From positions 4,402,001-4,466,000 of the forward strand of contig JAYWIR010000001.1 in assembly GCA_036172245.1 (NCBI GenBank): 64,000 nt of DNA. Reading direction: 5' to 3'. Source of the stretch: Raillietiella orientalis (lineage: Eukaryota). A model generated the notes under the pieces. That model was not told the DNA's origin. It saw only the letters and a program-made list of their open reading frames with translations, and searched no databases. This document shows positions 48,887 through 61,430 of the stretch, one piece after another (within the stretch, counting starts at the first letter, position 1; each line of letters begins with the position of its first letter). The position numbers were made by a program, and so were the translations under genes.

Positions 48887-51213
48887 CTCCCTTCTGACGC
48901 CGGGGGCGGCACCGTCGCACGGTTGCTGACCCTTCCTCTCTAGGAAGGAAGCGGGAGGTCTCTTGTTCGGTCAATGAAGCGGTTGGGCAGGGGTGAGCAA
49001 CGCTCCCTATCCAGCCCTGCCCTCCTGGTCGAGAAACAGGTTTCTGGGTTCCCTCGCGACGCCCCGCCCACTTCCTTCCTTCCCGCCGGGGGTGGATGCG
49101 TGGGACCACACGGTGAGGTCTCCGACCTTCTGTCGGGCCGCACTTCCCTAGAGTGGAGAAGGAGGGGGGGGGGTCACGGCGCGCGGTTTCCGGATCTGTC
49201 TGTCAGATGTCTCACTCAGCAGGCCGCCGAGCGATCCGAGAACGCCCGCCAGGCAAACGGGAATCTCCTTACTCTGGACCACCACCACCACCACCCTTCG
49301 GCGAAGAGAGACCCAGTTGAGGGTGGGGCACTTGTGTCATCATATTCCGTCCACGTCGACGTACATCGTTAGCAGCCCCCGACGGATGACCCTCCACCGC
49401 TGTTTGTTCCTCTTCCCATCCTTTCTCGTAGGTGGTGCCTGCAATGCTACCATCGGCACCCCGCCACGTGTGATGGTCGCCTCCGGATCCATCGCCTAAC
49501 GGAGAAAGGGGAGGGGGGGAATGGAGAAGCTGCATTGCTCTCGCCCAGAACCCAGTCTTTCCCTTTGTGGTGCTTCTGCTCCCGGAGCCCCCGAATCCTG
49601 CAGAGATCTCTGTTCCCTTCTTCCCTTTCTCCCTCTCTCCCTATGCCCTGAATTCCCCGCTGCCCTCCGAAAGGGGATCGGAGGGAACGCGTCCCTCCCG
49701 GACTGGCCCTCGGAGGGATCCGTTTCCTCGAAGGACCCCTTACCCTCCAGACAGGCGAGCGCGGGATCCTCGAAGGCATCTTCCTCCGTTTGCTTTGGAG
49801 ACGTGGCCTGGAGCTTTCTGCAACCTCCGTGCAGCAGAGAGGACCTTCCGCTGCGATCCTCCACCCTCCCCCTTTTCATCTCGGTAGCCGCTGACGCGGC
49901 CTCACGCAGACCTGTGTCCTCTGGCGCCGTCAGGCCTCCGTGGTCGCTCTCGCCGTATTCGCCGCCTTTCAGGTGGACCGCTGCAAGCGACCGCAGCTCT
50001 GATCACCTCGACTCGGCGCGCTGACCGGTGGGGAGAGAGACATAAAAGAAACAGACTCAGGGGTGCTGCTGTTTTTCTTCTTTCCTTTTTTGATTCTCTT
50101 CGCTTCTCTGAAGGTCACTCCAGAGGAACGAAATTCGGAGGTCAGGGTGATCCTAGAGGACGGTTTGAAGCGATTGGCTTTGGTGCAGCAGCACTCGAGC
50201 CAACGGACACTGGCTCTCCACTTTAGCTTCGACCTCAGCATCTGAAGATGTTCGCTTGAACGCCTTCAGACGCTGTCCACCATGGCCACATCCACGACGA
50301 AGATTCGCAACGAGTTTTTCGCGGAAGAGATCGCGCTGATGGTGCGCCGAGGTTCTCGGCTGGCCACAATGCCAGTGACCAACGCGCCCTCTTACCGTTT
50401 TACCACAGCGCCTGGAAAGATGGCGGCAATTGAATCTGCAATTCTCGGTTTTCTTAATGCTGGATAGCATCCTCCCTGCAAGGAAACCTCAGAGCTTCGA
50501 GATTTGTCTTGCGTCTTCTCCGTATGCCGTTGCTTGGCTACTTTCGTGCTGACGTTTCGTGAGGGGGTTACCAAGTCTTTTGGAACGAATGAAACCCTGT
50601 ACGCAAACATCTTCCTCGCCGTCTTTCAACATTACAATAAGTCAAAATCGTCATTAAAATGTGGCATGTTTCAACATTTAAGCATTCTAATTACGATTTT
50701 TATTGTATCTTGAAAAAAAGAAAAAAGAAATCTAGTCGATGTCTTCCTTGAAAGAGGTGTGCTTTAATACTTGCCGTAAATAGAGTTTATTTTATTGGGA
50801 ACACAGATGCGAAGCTAATGGATCCTATTTTGAACGTAATGCAAAACTTTGAGATCTGCTTGATCTGCCTATGAATGTAATAACGGCAGTTTTTGAACTG
50901 GACTCAAATATCCTTCTGGATAATCCAATTCCCAAGCTCAAACCAGCTCCATAGCTTAGTTTGATCCTCCATGTAAGTTGAGCGTGGAAAGAATCCATAA
51001 TGATAAATATGTTTATTATTAACTGTTATGTAGAACACCGTCCGTTCCATTACAAATCACCCGCAAGCACAAAGCATGTGAATCACCGTTGCCATGTATA
51101 CGTAGGTGGTCGTGAGGGAAAGCGCAGCGTGCAACAGTTGGGCATGGTGGGTTGTCTTCTTCAGCCACCCATGCTGGAAGCTTGAGTTGCTCTTCTGCAT
51201 ATCCAGTAATCGT

Positions 51214-53939
51214 ATGTCTAAAGAAGGAAGCGACTGCAAATTTGTATGTGCTGACTGTAATGCACCAGGTACGTATTCTGCGTTGGAATGGTTTTTCCGT
51301 GCTTTTGTTTTTCCGTGCTATTATCGTTATCCCTCCCCCCCGTACTCTTTGGAACTCCCATACCCCCCTAGTTTGCATTCAAGTCCAGTTTGCAGTTTCC
51401 TAGATTTTCACTAGCACGGCCAATTACGTAGCCCATCCAAGTGTTGCGGATGCTGGAACGTTAAGCTTTATCACTTTCCAAGACCGTATTGCAAATGACC
51501 ATTCGCCGTTGATGTGTATTGAGCATCGAATGAGTGCGGAAAATAGCCATAGCTGATGATGATTCATAGCCATAGGATCGTTATTATCATATCATATGGT
51601 TACTATTGTAGTTCTTCTTACTTAGGCTTTCACTTTGCCAATTTTGAAAGTGTGCATGGAATGCATACTCAATATTTTTTTTTGTAAATGAGGTACATTG
51701 TAATGGGATTGATTGGAAGTTAAATGTTCGAAAATAATGCGATTACGTATATGACGTTTCCCATGTGCCAAATTTTGTGATGTTTACTATCAATAAATTT
51801 GCATTGTGCAGATGTACAGTGGGCTTCCTTGAATAAAGCCATACTCATATGTAATGAATGCTGCAGTGTACATAGAAGCCTTGGTTTCCATATTTCTCAA
51901 GTTAAGCATCTGAAGAAAACTTACTGGAATCCGTACCAATTAGCTGTATGATCACGGTTCTGTTGTAACTGAATTAATATTTTTTTCATCTCCTTCTTAA
52001 AGATGGTGCAGGAACTGTACAAAAATGGTTCAAATAATATTTGGGAATATACCTTGCTGGAACCTTCTCACAACAAGGGAATTAAACAGAAAGCAACTCC
52101 AAAAGATGCCATCTAGTATGTAAGACTGTTACAGGATAATGAGAATTCAATTTTGCTAAAGTCCAGTAAAGGCTGATTTCATTCGTGCCAAACATCAGTC
52201 AATTCAATTTGTATGCAAACCTCCCAAAGAAGAAGATGGGCTGACACCCAGTAGTTACAGCAAAGAGCTTCATTCAAGTGTGCGCACAAGAAACCTTGAA
52301 ACCAGTCTCAAATTACTGTCCCTAGGTGCTGATCCAAATTATTTCCATGTGGTAAGAATGCATAGTTCATGATCACAGGATGATTCTGTTATAGGAAAAA
52401 GGGAATTGCCCCTTGCATGTAGCTGCCAAAGCAGGTCAGGCCTTGCAGGTGGAATTGCTAGTTGTATATGGAGCTGATCCTGGAGCTACCGATAAGCAAG
52501 GTAATACTCCTGAATACCATGCTAGGTGAGGCAATTGTGAAATATCCAATTTTTTATGTGTGCCTTAGACAAGAGGGACATGTAGATTTAGCTCATAGAT
52601 TGATTGAGTGCCAGTATGAAGTCACTGACAGGCTCACTTACTATCTCAGCAAGCGTAGACCTGCTCACAACCAAGGCTGCCATTTTATTCGGTTTGAATT
52701 TGCAGTGCCTCAACCCACCAGTGTGACACAGGAAGCAAAGATGAAGCTGCAGAGTGTAAGGCAGAATGTGTCTTAGGGAAGACAGGGGCAATGCCCTTCT
52801 ACAGCTCAGCAACATTCAGCTCGAGGAATTGGCCATGGATGTTTATGAGGAAGTGGATCGGCGTGAAGCAGAAGAGGGTAGAGATAAAGGGAAATAACGT
52901 TTAGTATGACCAAGTGGCTTCCCAGTGTGGCTTGAGCTACCCAGCAACCTGCACAAGTATAATGTGCCTTTTCTTCCTGTCAATTGCCAGTACTCATCTA
53001 TTCGAAACCAAGGACGGCAGAAATTGGCACGATACAATGAATATCAGTTTTCTACTCTTCTTGTTGATGTGTTAGAAGAAACCAAGCAGCGGCAGTTGAA
53101 ACTTTCTGTGTCTGCATCAGTAATGTGTGAAGATCCTTTGTATGACAGTGTAGCTCCAGAAGAAGATTATGTACTCTTGGAAGAAGGAAGATCGAGAGCA
53201 AATGTGGTGATGATTAATTCATTGCCTGATGTGGAATCAGCCGCCAACTCTCCAGAAGAATGTGCCACTCTGCGGAAAGAGCTGCACTTTGCACACCAGA
53301 GAACCTTGCAGCTCCTGCATTCCAATAATGAACTTAAACAAGAAGTCTTTGCACTTCAGAACTTGGTTGGTGATAGTAGCTATAATTATATAACTTTTGC
53401 TTTTGCAGCTGCAAAGACTGGTGGTGGAGAACTACAATGAGAAAAGAAATTCAGTAGATGCAGTTTCAGGAAATCCTCCAGATGGAATACCTCAATTTCC
53501 ATTGTTTGACAGTCCTAGGGATGCTGGACTTTGCCAGCTTCTCACTGATTCAAACTTGGTGCCTGTTCACCAGACTGTGACTAGGCATACAGGACAGATA
53601 ACTCGTAGCATGCAGAAATTATTTGTTCTTGCAAGAGAGGGAAAACTGGATCAGCTTCAGACTTATGCAGATACTATTCATGCTGCTGTTAGAGATATTG
53701 CCAAGTCTTTCATCGGAGTAAGCATACTGCAAGGTTGCCATTTCTTGATTTCTCCTTTGCAGGTAGCAAGTGCTGATGCTGTTTTTCCCATTTTGCGTCA
53801 GCTGATCACAAGTACCAATCACTTACATGCCTTATGTCATAACAAAACTCCACCATGTGTTAATTCCGTACTTCAGTTAGCATATGATGTGGCCAAAACG
53901 ACGAGAGCATTGATTTCTTCGATAGAAAACCCATGTTGA
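51214..53939 (+). CDS. GIT1: ArfGAP GIT (GIT1/2 ortholog), 602 aa; exons 51214-51268, 51812-51945, 52003-52115, 52162-52351, 52395-52525, 52569-52755, 52805-52877, 52926-53365, 53409-53717, 53763-53939
   Basis: ArfGAP zinc finger CADC...WASLN..ICNECCSVHRSLG; ankyrin repeats (PLHVAAKAGQALQVELLVVYGADP); Spa2 homology (LEELAMDVYEEVDRRE, RNQGRQKLARYN); PLYDSVA; coiled coil; paxillin-binding LAYDVAKTTRALI. Nine introns keep frame (1809 nt). Confidence 0.95.
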
Positions 53940-54004
53940 TGCAAAACTCTGAGTCATCCTTTCATAAAACAAAAGCACTTGCAGTTTGCGTATTTGATTA
54001 AGAA

Positions 54005-54010
54005 AATAAA
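54005..54010 (+). terminator. AATAAA polyadenylation signal of GIT
   Basis: AATAAA about 65 nt after the GIT stop. Confidence 0.55.
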
Positions 54011-55813
54011 TCTATTTTGTGGGAAATTGCTAAATACAAGCTGCAGGTTCGAGTGTTTAATAGTACTTATCATCACATCCATGCCTCATCTTTCGTTTTT
54101 TCTTTTTTTTTAACTTTAAATTAAATAACTATATCTTTATCACGTGTACGAGAAACAGTTCTGTTAATAGTTGTCATGCAAAAAAATGTGGAAACCTCAC
54201 AGAATCCATAAATAGAGATATCTGTATAAGTTCGTGACGTGTACCCTCCTTTGTTGCAAGTTTATGTACATGTTTGAACACAGAATTCAGTACATTTCTA
54301 ACTTTATGCAATTGTCATCATTCGTCTACTAACTATTGCGAACAGATTACTACTGAGAATTTGTTTTTCCTTTGAAGTGTGTTTTGATTTCCAGCAGCAT
54401 CGTGCGTTACGTCAGACCCAATTAGTAGTGCTGTTGATTTAATTCAGCAATCTGTTCCCCCATGAAACTGACTAGGTGCCAGCGTTGGCGCTCGTGTGGC
54501 TGCGGTCTGCGCGTGTAGGACCAACCGCTTCGGTTTGGAATTCCCTTGCGGAAGATGGACGCCGAGAAATGGGGGATGCTTCGTGGATTTCGAGTCTTTC
54601 CCGCAGGACGACGCTGGTTGGCCTCTAGGCTTTGGGTGTGACGGCACTGGTTGACACCCGGTCACCTCGGGGCGTTTATTTCCAAACCTACTTGTCTGTG
54701 GCAGGACGTTTGATCCTGCCAAGTTACTCATAACTACGAGGATGAATCTGCCGGGGTCTGGCACGCAGGCCAGTGGGGTCGCCTCGGCAGTACAGGGGAT
54801 GGGGAGAAAAACACAAAAAGAAAAAAACAAAACAAAAAATGCAGTCAAAAAATGGGGGAGGGGTGTTGGAGAAGGAATCACTGTGTGCTGGAGGGTCTCC
54901 TCTGCATCCTTGTAAGGATGCCGTCAAGTTCCTGTTTCAAGACTCCCAGGTGGGGCCATCTTGACGCTGCCCTCATGAAGAGGACAGCAAAATGGCGTCC
55001 CTGTCGTCCTAGCCTCCTCTGGCGTTGCTGCTGCATGCGGTCACGGTCCCGCCTGGGAGTCAAAGCGTGAGCAGCAAAGTGCTGCTAGGGATGCGGCCGG
55101 CGTGAGGGCGTCGTTCAGGAAGAGGCGCTTTCAAACGTCTCTGGGGTTGCCGCCGGGGGTTCCAAGGGTCGCGTCAAAGCGTCCCCAAAGGGGCCGGTGG
55201 GCAACATAGTCCATTAGGAGGTGCAGGAAGGATTCCCGCTCCCTACATCTTGCACAGTTCGGGTCCACCCCCTTCCCCCGTGTTCAATGATGCCGGCGGG
55301 CGTTGCACGCGAGCCCCCAAGTTGCAGCAGCATCAGTGCCGACTCCTGCCACTTCAAGGGGAGAGTGCAAGTGTTCATGGGGCCAGGAGACGGGGGCCAC
55401 TGCATGTCCTCCTCCGGAATACCCAGTAGCACGCCCCAGCGAAAAAGTCCACGAGGCCGAGCATTCGGTGTTGCAGAATCAGTGAGCTGACCCGTCGTCC
55501 ACTGGCCCGGTCCTTTTTTCCTTCCGGAGAGTTCCACAGTAACTGGTGGAAGCCGGAAACCGGATGCCCCGTAGACTGTCTGGGATTGGAAGTCAACTCC
55601 GGTGCCCCTCCAGGAATCAAAAAGCCGGTTCCCTCCGGGGTTCTACTCCGGTTGTGAAAGTGGAGCCTTCCTCCCCCCTCCCTGAGGGGACCCCCCATCA
55701 CATTCCATGTAGCTGGTTGATACCCCCTTCGGAGGCTCTTTTCCCTAGAGTGTCAAGAAGCTCGCTGCTCCCTTCGAAGAGAGGGAGACCCTTCAGAGAA
55801 ATTTGGAAGCGTC

Positions 55814-55929
55814 CCTTCGGGGTTCTCTTCACAGGAGTAACAAGGAGAGGATCCCTTAGGGGAGGTGGAGGGGGACCTTCCGGAAAGAATAAGAAGGAAG
55901 CTTCCTTCGGGGTTCTCTCCCAGGAGTAA
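55814..55929 (+). repeat. Short imperfect direct repeat (ccttcggggttctct..caggagtaa, two copies, 90-nt spacing)
   Basis: Copies start at about 55814 and 55904. Confidence 0.7.
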
Positions 55930-58900
55930 GAGAAACGGACTCTTTCCTCCGGAGCCTTCCTGAGTTCATAGGGTGGTCTCCTCTCGAGTACCCCCTAACT
56001 TGAATAGTTAACATGCACCTTCGGGTGGAGTGAAACAGTGTTCAAGAGTTTCATGAGCCCCTAGGCGAACGGGCCTTGAGTATTTAGCGAGCCAAAAAAA
56101 AAAGGAAAAAGCTGGATGCCATCACGCTTTGCCAATAGTAACGATCTCCCCGTGAAGTTGCTACTGGCCGTTTTCTTTGTTTTTTTAAAGAAAAAACTGA
56201 CTACATCTTTGCCCGCACGTCCCACTTCTAATCTCAGTTTTAACAGTGGCGAATTTGTCTGCCAACGAAAGCAGTGGAACAGTTTGAGTTTTAATAGTTT
56301 GGATGGATTTTCTCCTGGTTCTCTAGGCGCACATCCTAGCCTGACATCAGCACAATGTCACCAGCCCCAGCAACGACCTAAGATCAGTTCGCACTTGATC
56401 CACATGAATTGTGGGAGAAGCATCTGATTCCTGCAGCAGGCTCACGGGGAGGTTTGGAAGCTGCCAACCCTTCCAGAGGTCCTTGTGCATACGCGATGGG
56501 TATTGGGGCTTTGCAAAATTGTGCGCCCAATCGGAAAGCATTGGTAATCTGTTCGCCATCTTTTTTTCTTCTGCATCTGCTTGCATGCGGTGGCCTAGGA
56601 ATCAGATCGTTGTTACCTACAGAGATCGCCATCGGTTTTTATGTGGCATTGATTTGTTGCAATAAGGAAAGCCGGTGGGTCCGATCCCAACTGAGCATCA
56701 CGCTCAGTTCGATTGCCAATGTTCCACAGTAACCGTAACTCATGCTCTTGCTTCCAACATGTTCCTGAAACCAATGCGGACATTGTTTTTGATTTTCTCA
56801 TTTTCTGAGAAGCTCTCAGATTGAGTTTCCCTAAGGGAAAGCGAAAGTATGAAAAGATTTAGAATATATAATCTTCATTTTTATCACTTTCCAGTTGCGA
56901 CTCTGGCAAGTCTGGCTGCGAGCTCTCATGTGCCATGCGTCTGCTGAATATGCGAGGTTTCTTGCAACGCTGTACGTGCGTGTTCTTTGGTGCGTATGAC
57001 CTGAAATGTAAACAAATCACAAATTGAACAGGAAGGTTACGTCGCTTCGGGAGTGAGAATCCCTTGTCTTCTCTAGCCTGGAAAAGGAGCCCTCGCTCAC
57101 CACATGTGGAAACGAGGCATTTTTCGAGCATTTCCCTGCTTGCGTTCTCGTTTGTTTATGGTTCACTCCATGCGTGTCAGCAAGCTTTCAAGAAAGAAAA
57201 CAAATTTCAGGGCTTCTGCACCTGTCGGTGGTCTTTTCTCGTATTGCATTTGCCGAGATCAGTTTTTAAACGCTTTTGATATGGGACTATGTAGTTCTTT
57301 GATCTGCAACTGAACTTTGAACGCCTGTCATTTCCGTTGGTGCTACAGAAAATCCGCATGCGTCGTAAAAACAAGGCATTTTCTACAGTTGCCACTTCTA
57401 CAACTGCCAAAAATGTGCAGCACGTGCGCGCTTGACTCAGTTTTGCGAATCCGAGGTTCTTTTCCCGGATTGGCAAATTCCACAGCCCTGACTGCAGCTC
57501 AGGGTCGCTTCAATTCTCCAATATGTTCATCTTGGCAGAAGGAATCGCTCAAGCGTCTCACCCTTAGACTTCTCTGATTGTCTGCCGTTGTCGGTGTTGG
57601 TGTTTGTCAATGTACTTCTTTCAATATCGACGGAAGAGACGAAGTTGCTTGCTCAAGTTCTGAGGTAAACACCGAGGGTTGTGTCACGAGGCAGAGGAAA
57701 CGGAAGTGGAACCACCAAAATAAACTTGAAGATAGCGTGCTGTCGGTACTGATTTATGGATGGAGCAGCAAGGAGCCGCCTGTTTCTGCAATGAAAAATT
57801 GTTCGAACACTCCTTGCGGAAGATTTCCATTGCTCCAATCGTCACGTGCTGGGATGGCGGCGCTTGTATTTCTGTGCCCTCAGGTGGTTTCGCTGACTCC
57901 CTCGGACAGCAGGATTACGGCCCTCTTCGCCCATCCCGAATGCTGCGATTTTTCACGTGCGCACATTACGAACGAGAAGTTTCGTCGTTTCTCTAGAAAA
58001 GGTCCCCCTAAATGAGAAGTTGAGGAATTTCATTTCACAAGGAGGGAGGAAAATTGAACGGGAGCTGCACTCCATGATTTGATTCGGTGTTTCATTTAAT
58101 ATTTAAGGACCGGAAGGATCTCTGGACATGCTGAAAATGTGGGAGAGGACATGGGGAAGGTAAAAAGAACGGGGATCTCGTGCTCACGAGCTGGAGAACG
58201 ATAATTATTGGTATTTTGTGGGCCTCTCGAGAGTCCAGTTTCGATCTTTGCTCGATCCATCAGCGCCGTGAAAGACTGGCAAAGGGAAACAACACACGGC
58301 AGCTCGTCTTCGGCAGAGTTTGCGCGGCCTCGAACAAAAGAGGAAAAAAAAAATGGGAGAGTTTCCCGCCGACAAAACTCACCCCAAGAGCCGGCGCTCA
58401 CGCTCACGAATGACCTTAACACGAAGGAGGCTGCAAGCAGAGTCAGCTCTCTCTCTCCGGACCACAGGGAATCGCGCGATGATTGCGCCGCGTCCATTAC
58501 GAGCACGGAAGTACTCCGTCCCCTCGGGGCACCTGATTTCCCTTCGGGTCGGAACGCTTCTTGCTGAGAACGACTCCTTTATTTACACAGTTCTCTTTTG
58601 CGCGATGCTTGAGCCAGGGAAGTGTTCTTGGAAGAACCGTTTACGGTAAACAGCTCTTTGGATTGGCGTTTGCGGCACGTCTCAGTAGCAGCATTTGCTC
58701 TCAGTGAACATGAAGAAAAAAAAGGACAGAAAAAAGCTTTAAAGTGATCATTCGGGATTAAATTCCTCTGGAAGTCTCAGGAAAGCGAATAAAAATGTTC
58801 TGGTTCCGTTCTTCTTTTTTCTTTTCTTTCTTTCTTTGACTGCGTGGCATTCAGACGAGCAAGATTCATGAAGGAAATCTTCCTCTTTCCGCTGCCGACG

Positions 58901-61224
58901 TCGTATTGTCGAGGGGATGAAAAATCGGCAAGAAACGACAGCGCGGGTTAGCGACCAAGCGATGTAGCCAGCACCGGACAGCACGGAAGAGACCTCGGGA
59001 GGCCGTCGACGGAAGTCCGGAAAGAAGACGCGACGGGAATGATGACGGGGGATGCGGGTCACGGCTGGGAAGACGGGACGGCCGAGTGCCTCCTACGAAC
59101 GCCCCCTCATCGCAGCTGCGCGACTGCTGCTGATGGAAGACTGGTGGCTTCCCCCTCGGGCAAAGTCGGAAGGCGAGTCGGAAGGCATCCTCCTACAGGG
59201 CTCTACATCCCTTCGGGCGTGCGCATCCCTATGAAAGCCGAGAGGGAAACTTAGGAGCGGCTCCATTCGGGGAGGGGGAGAGAGGAGGGGTGAGGAACGA
59301 AGCGGCACGCTCTTTCGTTCCGAGGTTCTCCCTTAGCGGGGGGGGCAGAGGAAGGCCTCCATCCCCCGCCTATGACCACTCCGTCACGCTCGTTGCAGCC
59401 GTCGTTTCCGCGCAGATGCAGCGGCTTCCGACTGCAGGCGGAACGACCCCCCAGCATCCGGGTGGGGCGGTGTCGCAGCCCCTTCCTCCCTCCTCTCTGG
59501 ATTTCCGAAATGCTGCAGTGTGGATCGAAGGAGGGGTGACCCACGACGTATCCCCCTCGCGGCGCTCGCGCGCAAGTGAGGTCATGGTGATTCCGACCCT
59601 TCTTTCCAGCCGGAGCCTGGACTCTTGAGCTCACCCCCGCGGGCTGCGCTTTCCTTCTCCCTGGTAGAGGAAAGAGAGAGCAGCGGTGTGGTGGGATGGG
59701 ATGGTTCGACTTCCCTCCTCCCCCTCCCCCTTCCCCGAGCTTCCTTGTTCTTCTGCTCAGGAGGGGGGATCGCTGTCGCGGACACCCGGCTCCGCGTCCG
59801 GAGAGAGAGCTGGTGGCGTCTTCAGACCAGCCGAATGCGAGGAAGAGCCGCACAGTCGTTCGAAGCGATCTGGACCTCTTCCCCTTTTTCCCTGAAGCGG
59901 GAGCCCTCTCCCGGTGCCGTCTCCGGGAGTTATCGATCTCCCCGTCAATCATTTTTGATGTTCCACGCGGTCGGATCGGATCAAACGGGACAACGGCTAA
60001 GAGATCTCGTCTCTTACCACTTGCCCCCTGATGAAGCAATCCCAGGGGAAGTGTTAGGGGAAGGAAAACACTCCTCTGGGAGTCCCATTCGGCCGTCGCC
60101 TTCCCACGAGAGGAAGAGGGGAGGAGGAAGGCGCGGGGGCTCCATCCTGGAAGCCACCCTGTGCGTCGCGACGGTCGCTCGCGCGGAGGAAGGTGGTGAT
60201 CCCGCGACACCGGGTCGACCAGCAGGGGAGGAGGCTCCTGGGGATGGTCACCCCACCCCGGGAGGAGGAGGGAGCTGAGCACGCGCGCCGCTGCTGCCCA
60301 CCAGGCGGCGGGTGCGAACCGTCGAGAGCGGATTTCACCTCAAAGTGGAGTCTGTGCCCAAGCGGGGATGCGTCTCTAGGTGCCGACGCGTCCTGCCTTC
60401 CCGGGGCTGGTAAGGCCGCCACGTGTGCGTGCGAGCGGGACCCCTCATTCCACACAGACACACATACACATACACCACACTTCCTTTTCATTCACGCACG
60501 AATCAAACGATAGGGGCAGCCCTCAGAGCAGAGCTCGGCGCTCGCATCTTCCTCTCCTGGTCGAACGCTATCGCCGTCGCTGGGGTCCTCCCCTGCTACA
60601 CGAAGCGCTTTCTGCTCCAAGAGGCGGCATTCGCGGGGACGGCGCGCCTCGGTGACAACGTCACGCGCCGAGGGGCAGAAGCGATTTTGCCACCGCGCCT
60701 CCCGTTGCTCTCTCTCGCACATGCGAGAAGCGGACATGCCCGGGTCCCCGACGCGTTCCGCAGAGGTCTAGCGTCTGCGTGCCATCCTCAGACGAGCGAG
60801 GAAGGGGGAAGAGATCCATCCCGCTTGAGGACCGACCGATCATCTGACGAAGTCCCAGGATCTCAAGAACAGAGCACTCCAGAGGAGTATGTCCCTCTTT
60901 TTGCTTCCTCCTCCCCTCCCGCTCTCTTCCTGGACCGTTTGACTCATACGCTCTTTGCCCTGTCCAGAAATGGGCAGCACACGTGAGTCCGGGAGAATCG
61001 CGTGCAGCTCCCTTGCGATCCTCCTCACGAGGGTCTGCTCTGGCCCCATCGTCTCCGGAAACGTCTGGCTGTGCGAGGCCTGCTGTCGTTCCCCGCGGAC
61101 CTATCCCTCCTTGGTATGTGCCGCCAGCGCTCGCGGCTCGCGGCATATAGACGGACGTGCTGGATGCGGTGGACTTGAAGACAGTGTCCTCCCCCCCATG
61201 CCGGAAGCCACCTACACGAATGAT

Positions 61225-61430
61225 CTTCTTCCTTTCCTCTTCTTCCCTTCCTCCTCCTTCCCTTCTTCCCTTCTTTTTCCCTTCATGCTTCTCCTTCTCT
61301 TCTTCCCTTTCTGCCCCTCTTCCTTTTCCCTTTCTCTTCTTCCATCTCTTTCTCCTCCCCCCTTCCTCCTTTCAATTCCTCTTCCCTCCCATCCTCTTCC
61401 TCCTCTTGCTCTTCCTCCTACCTTTTCGTC
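61225..61430 (+). repeat. Polypyrimidine tract
   Basis: About 200 nt of C/T. Confidence 0.9.
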
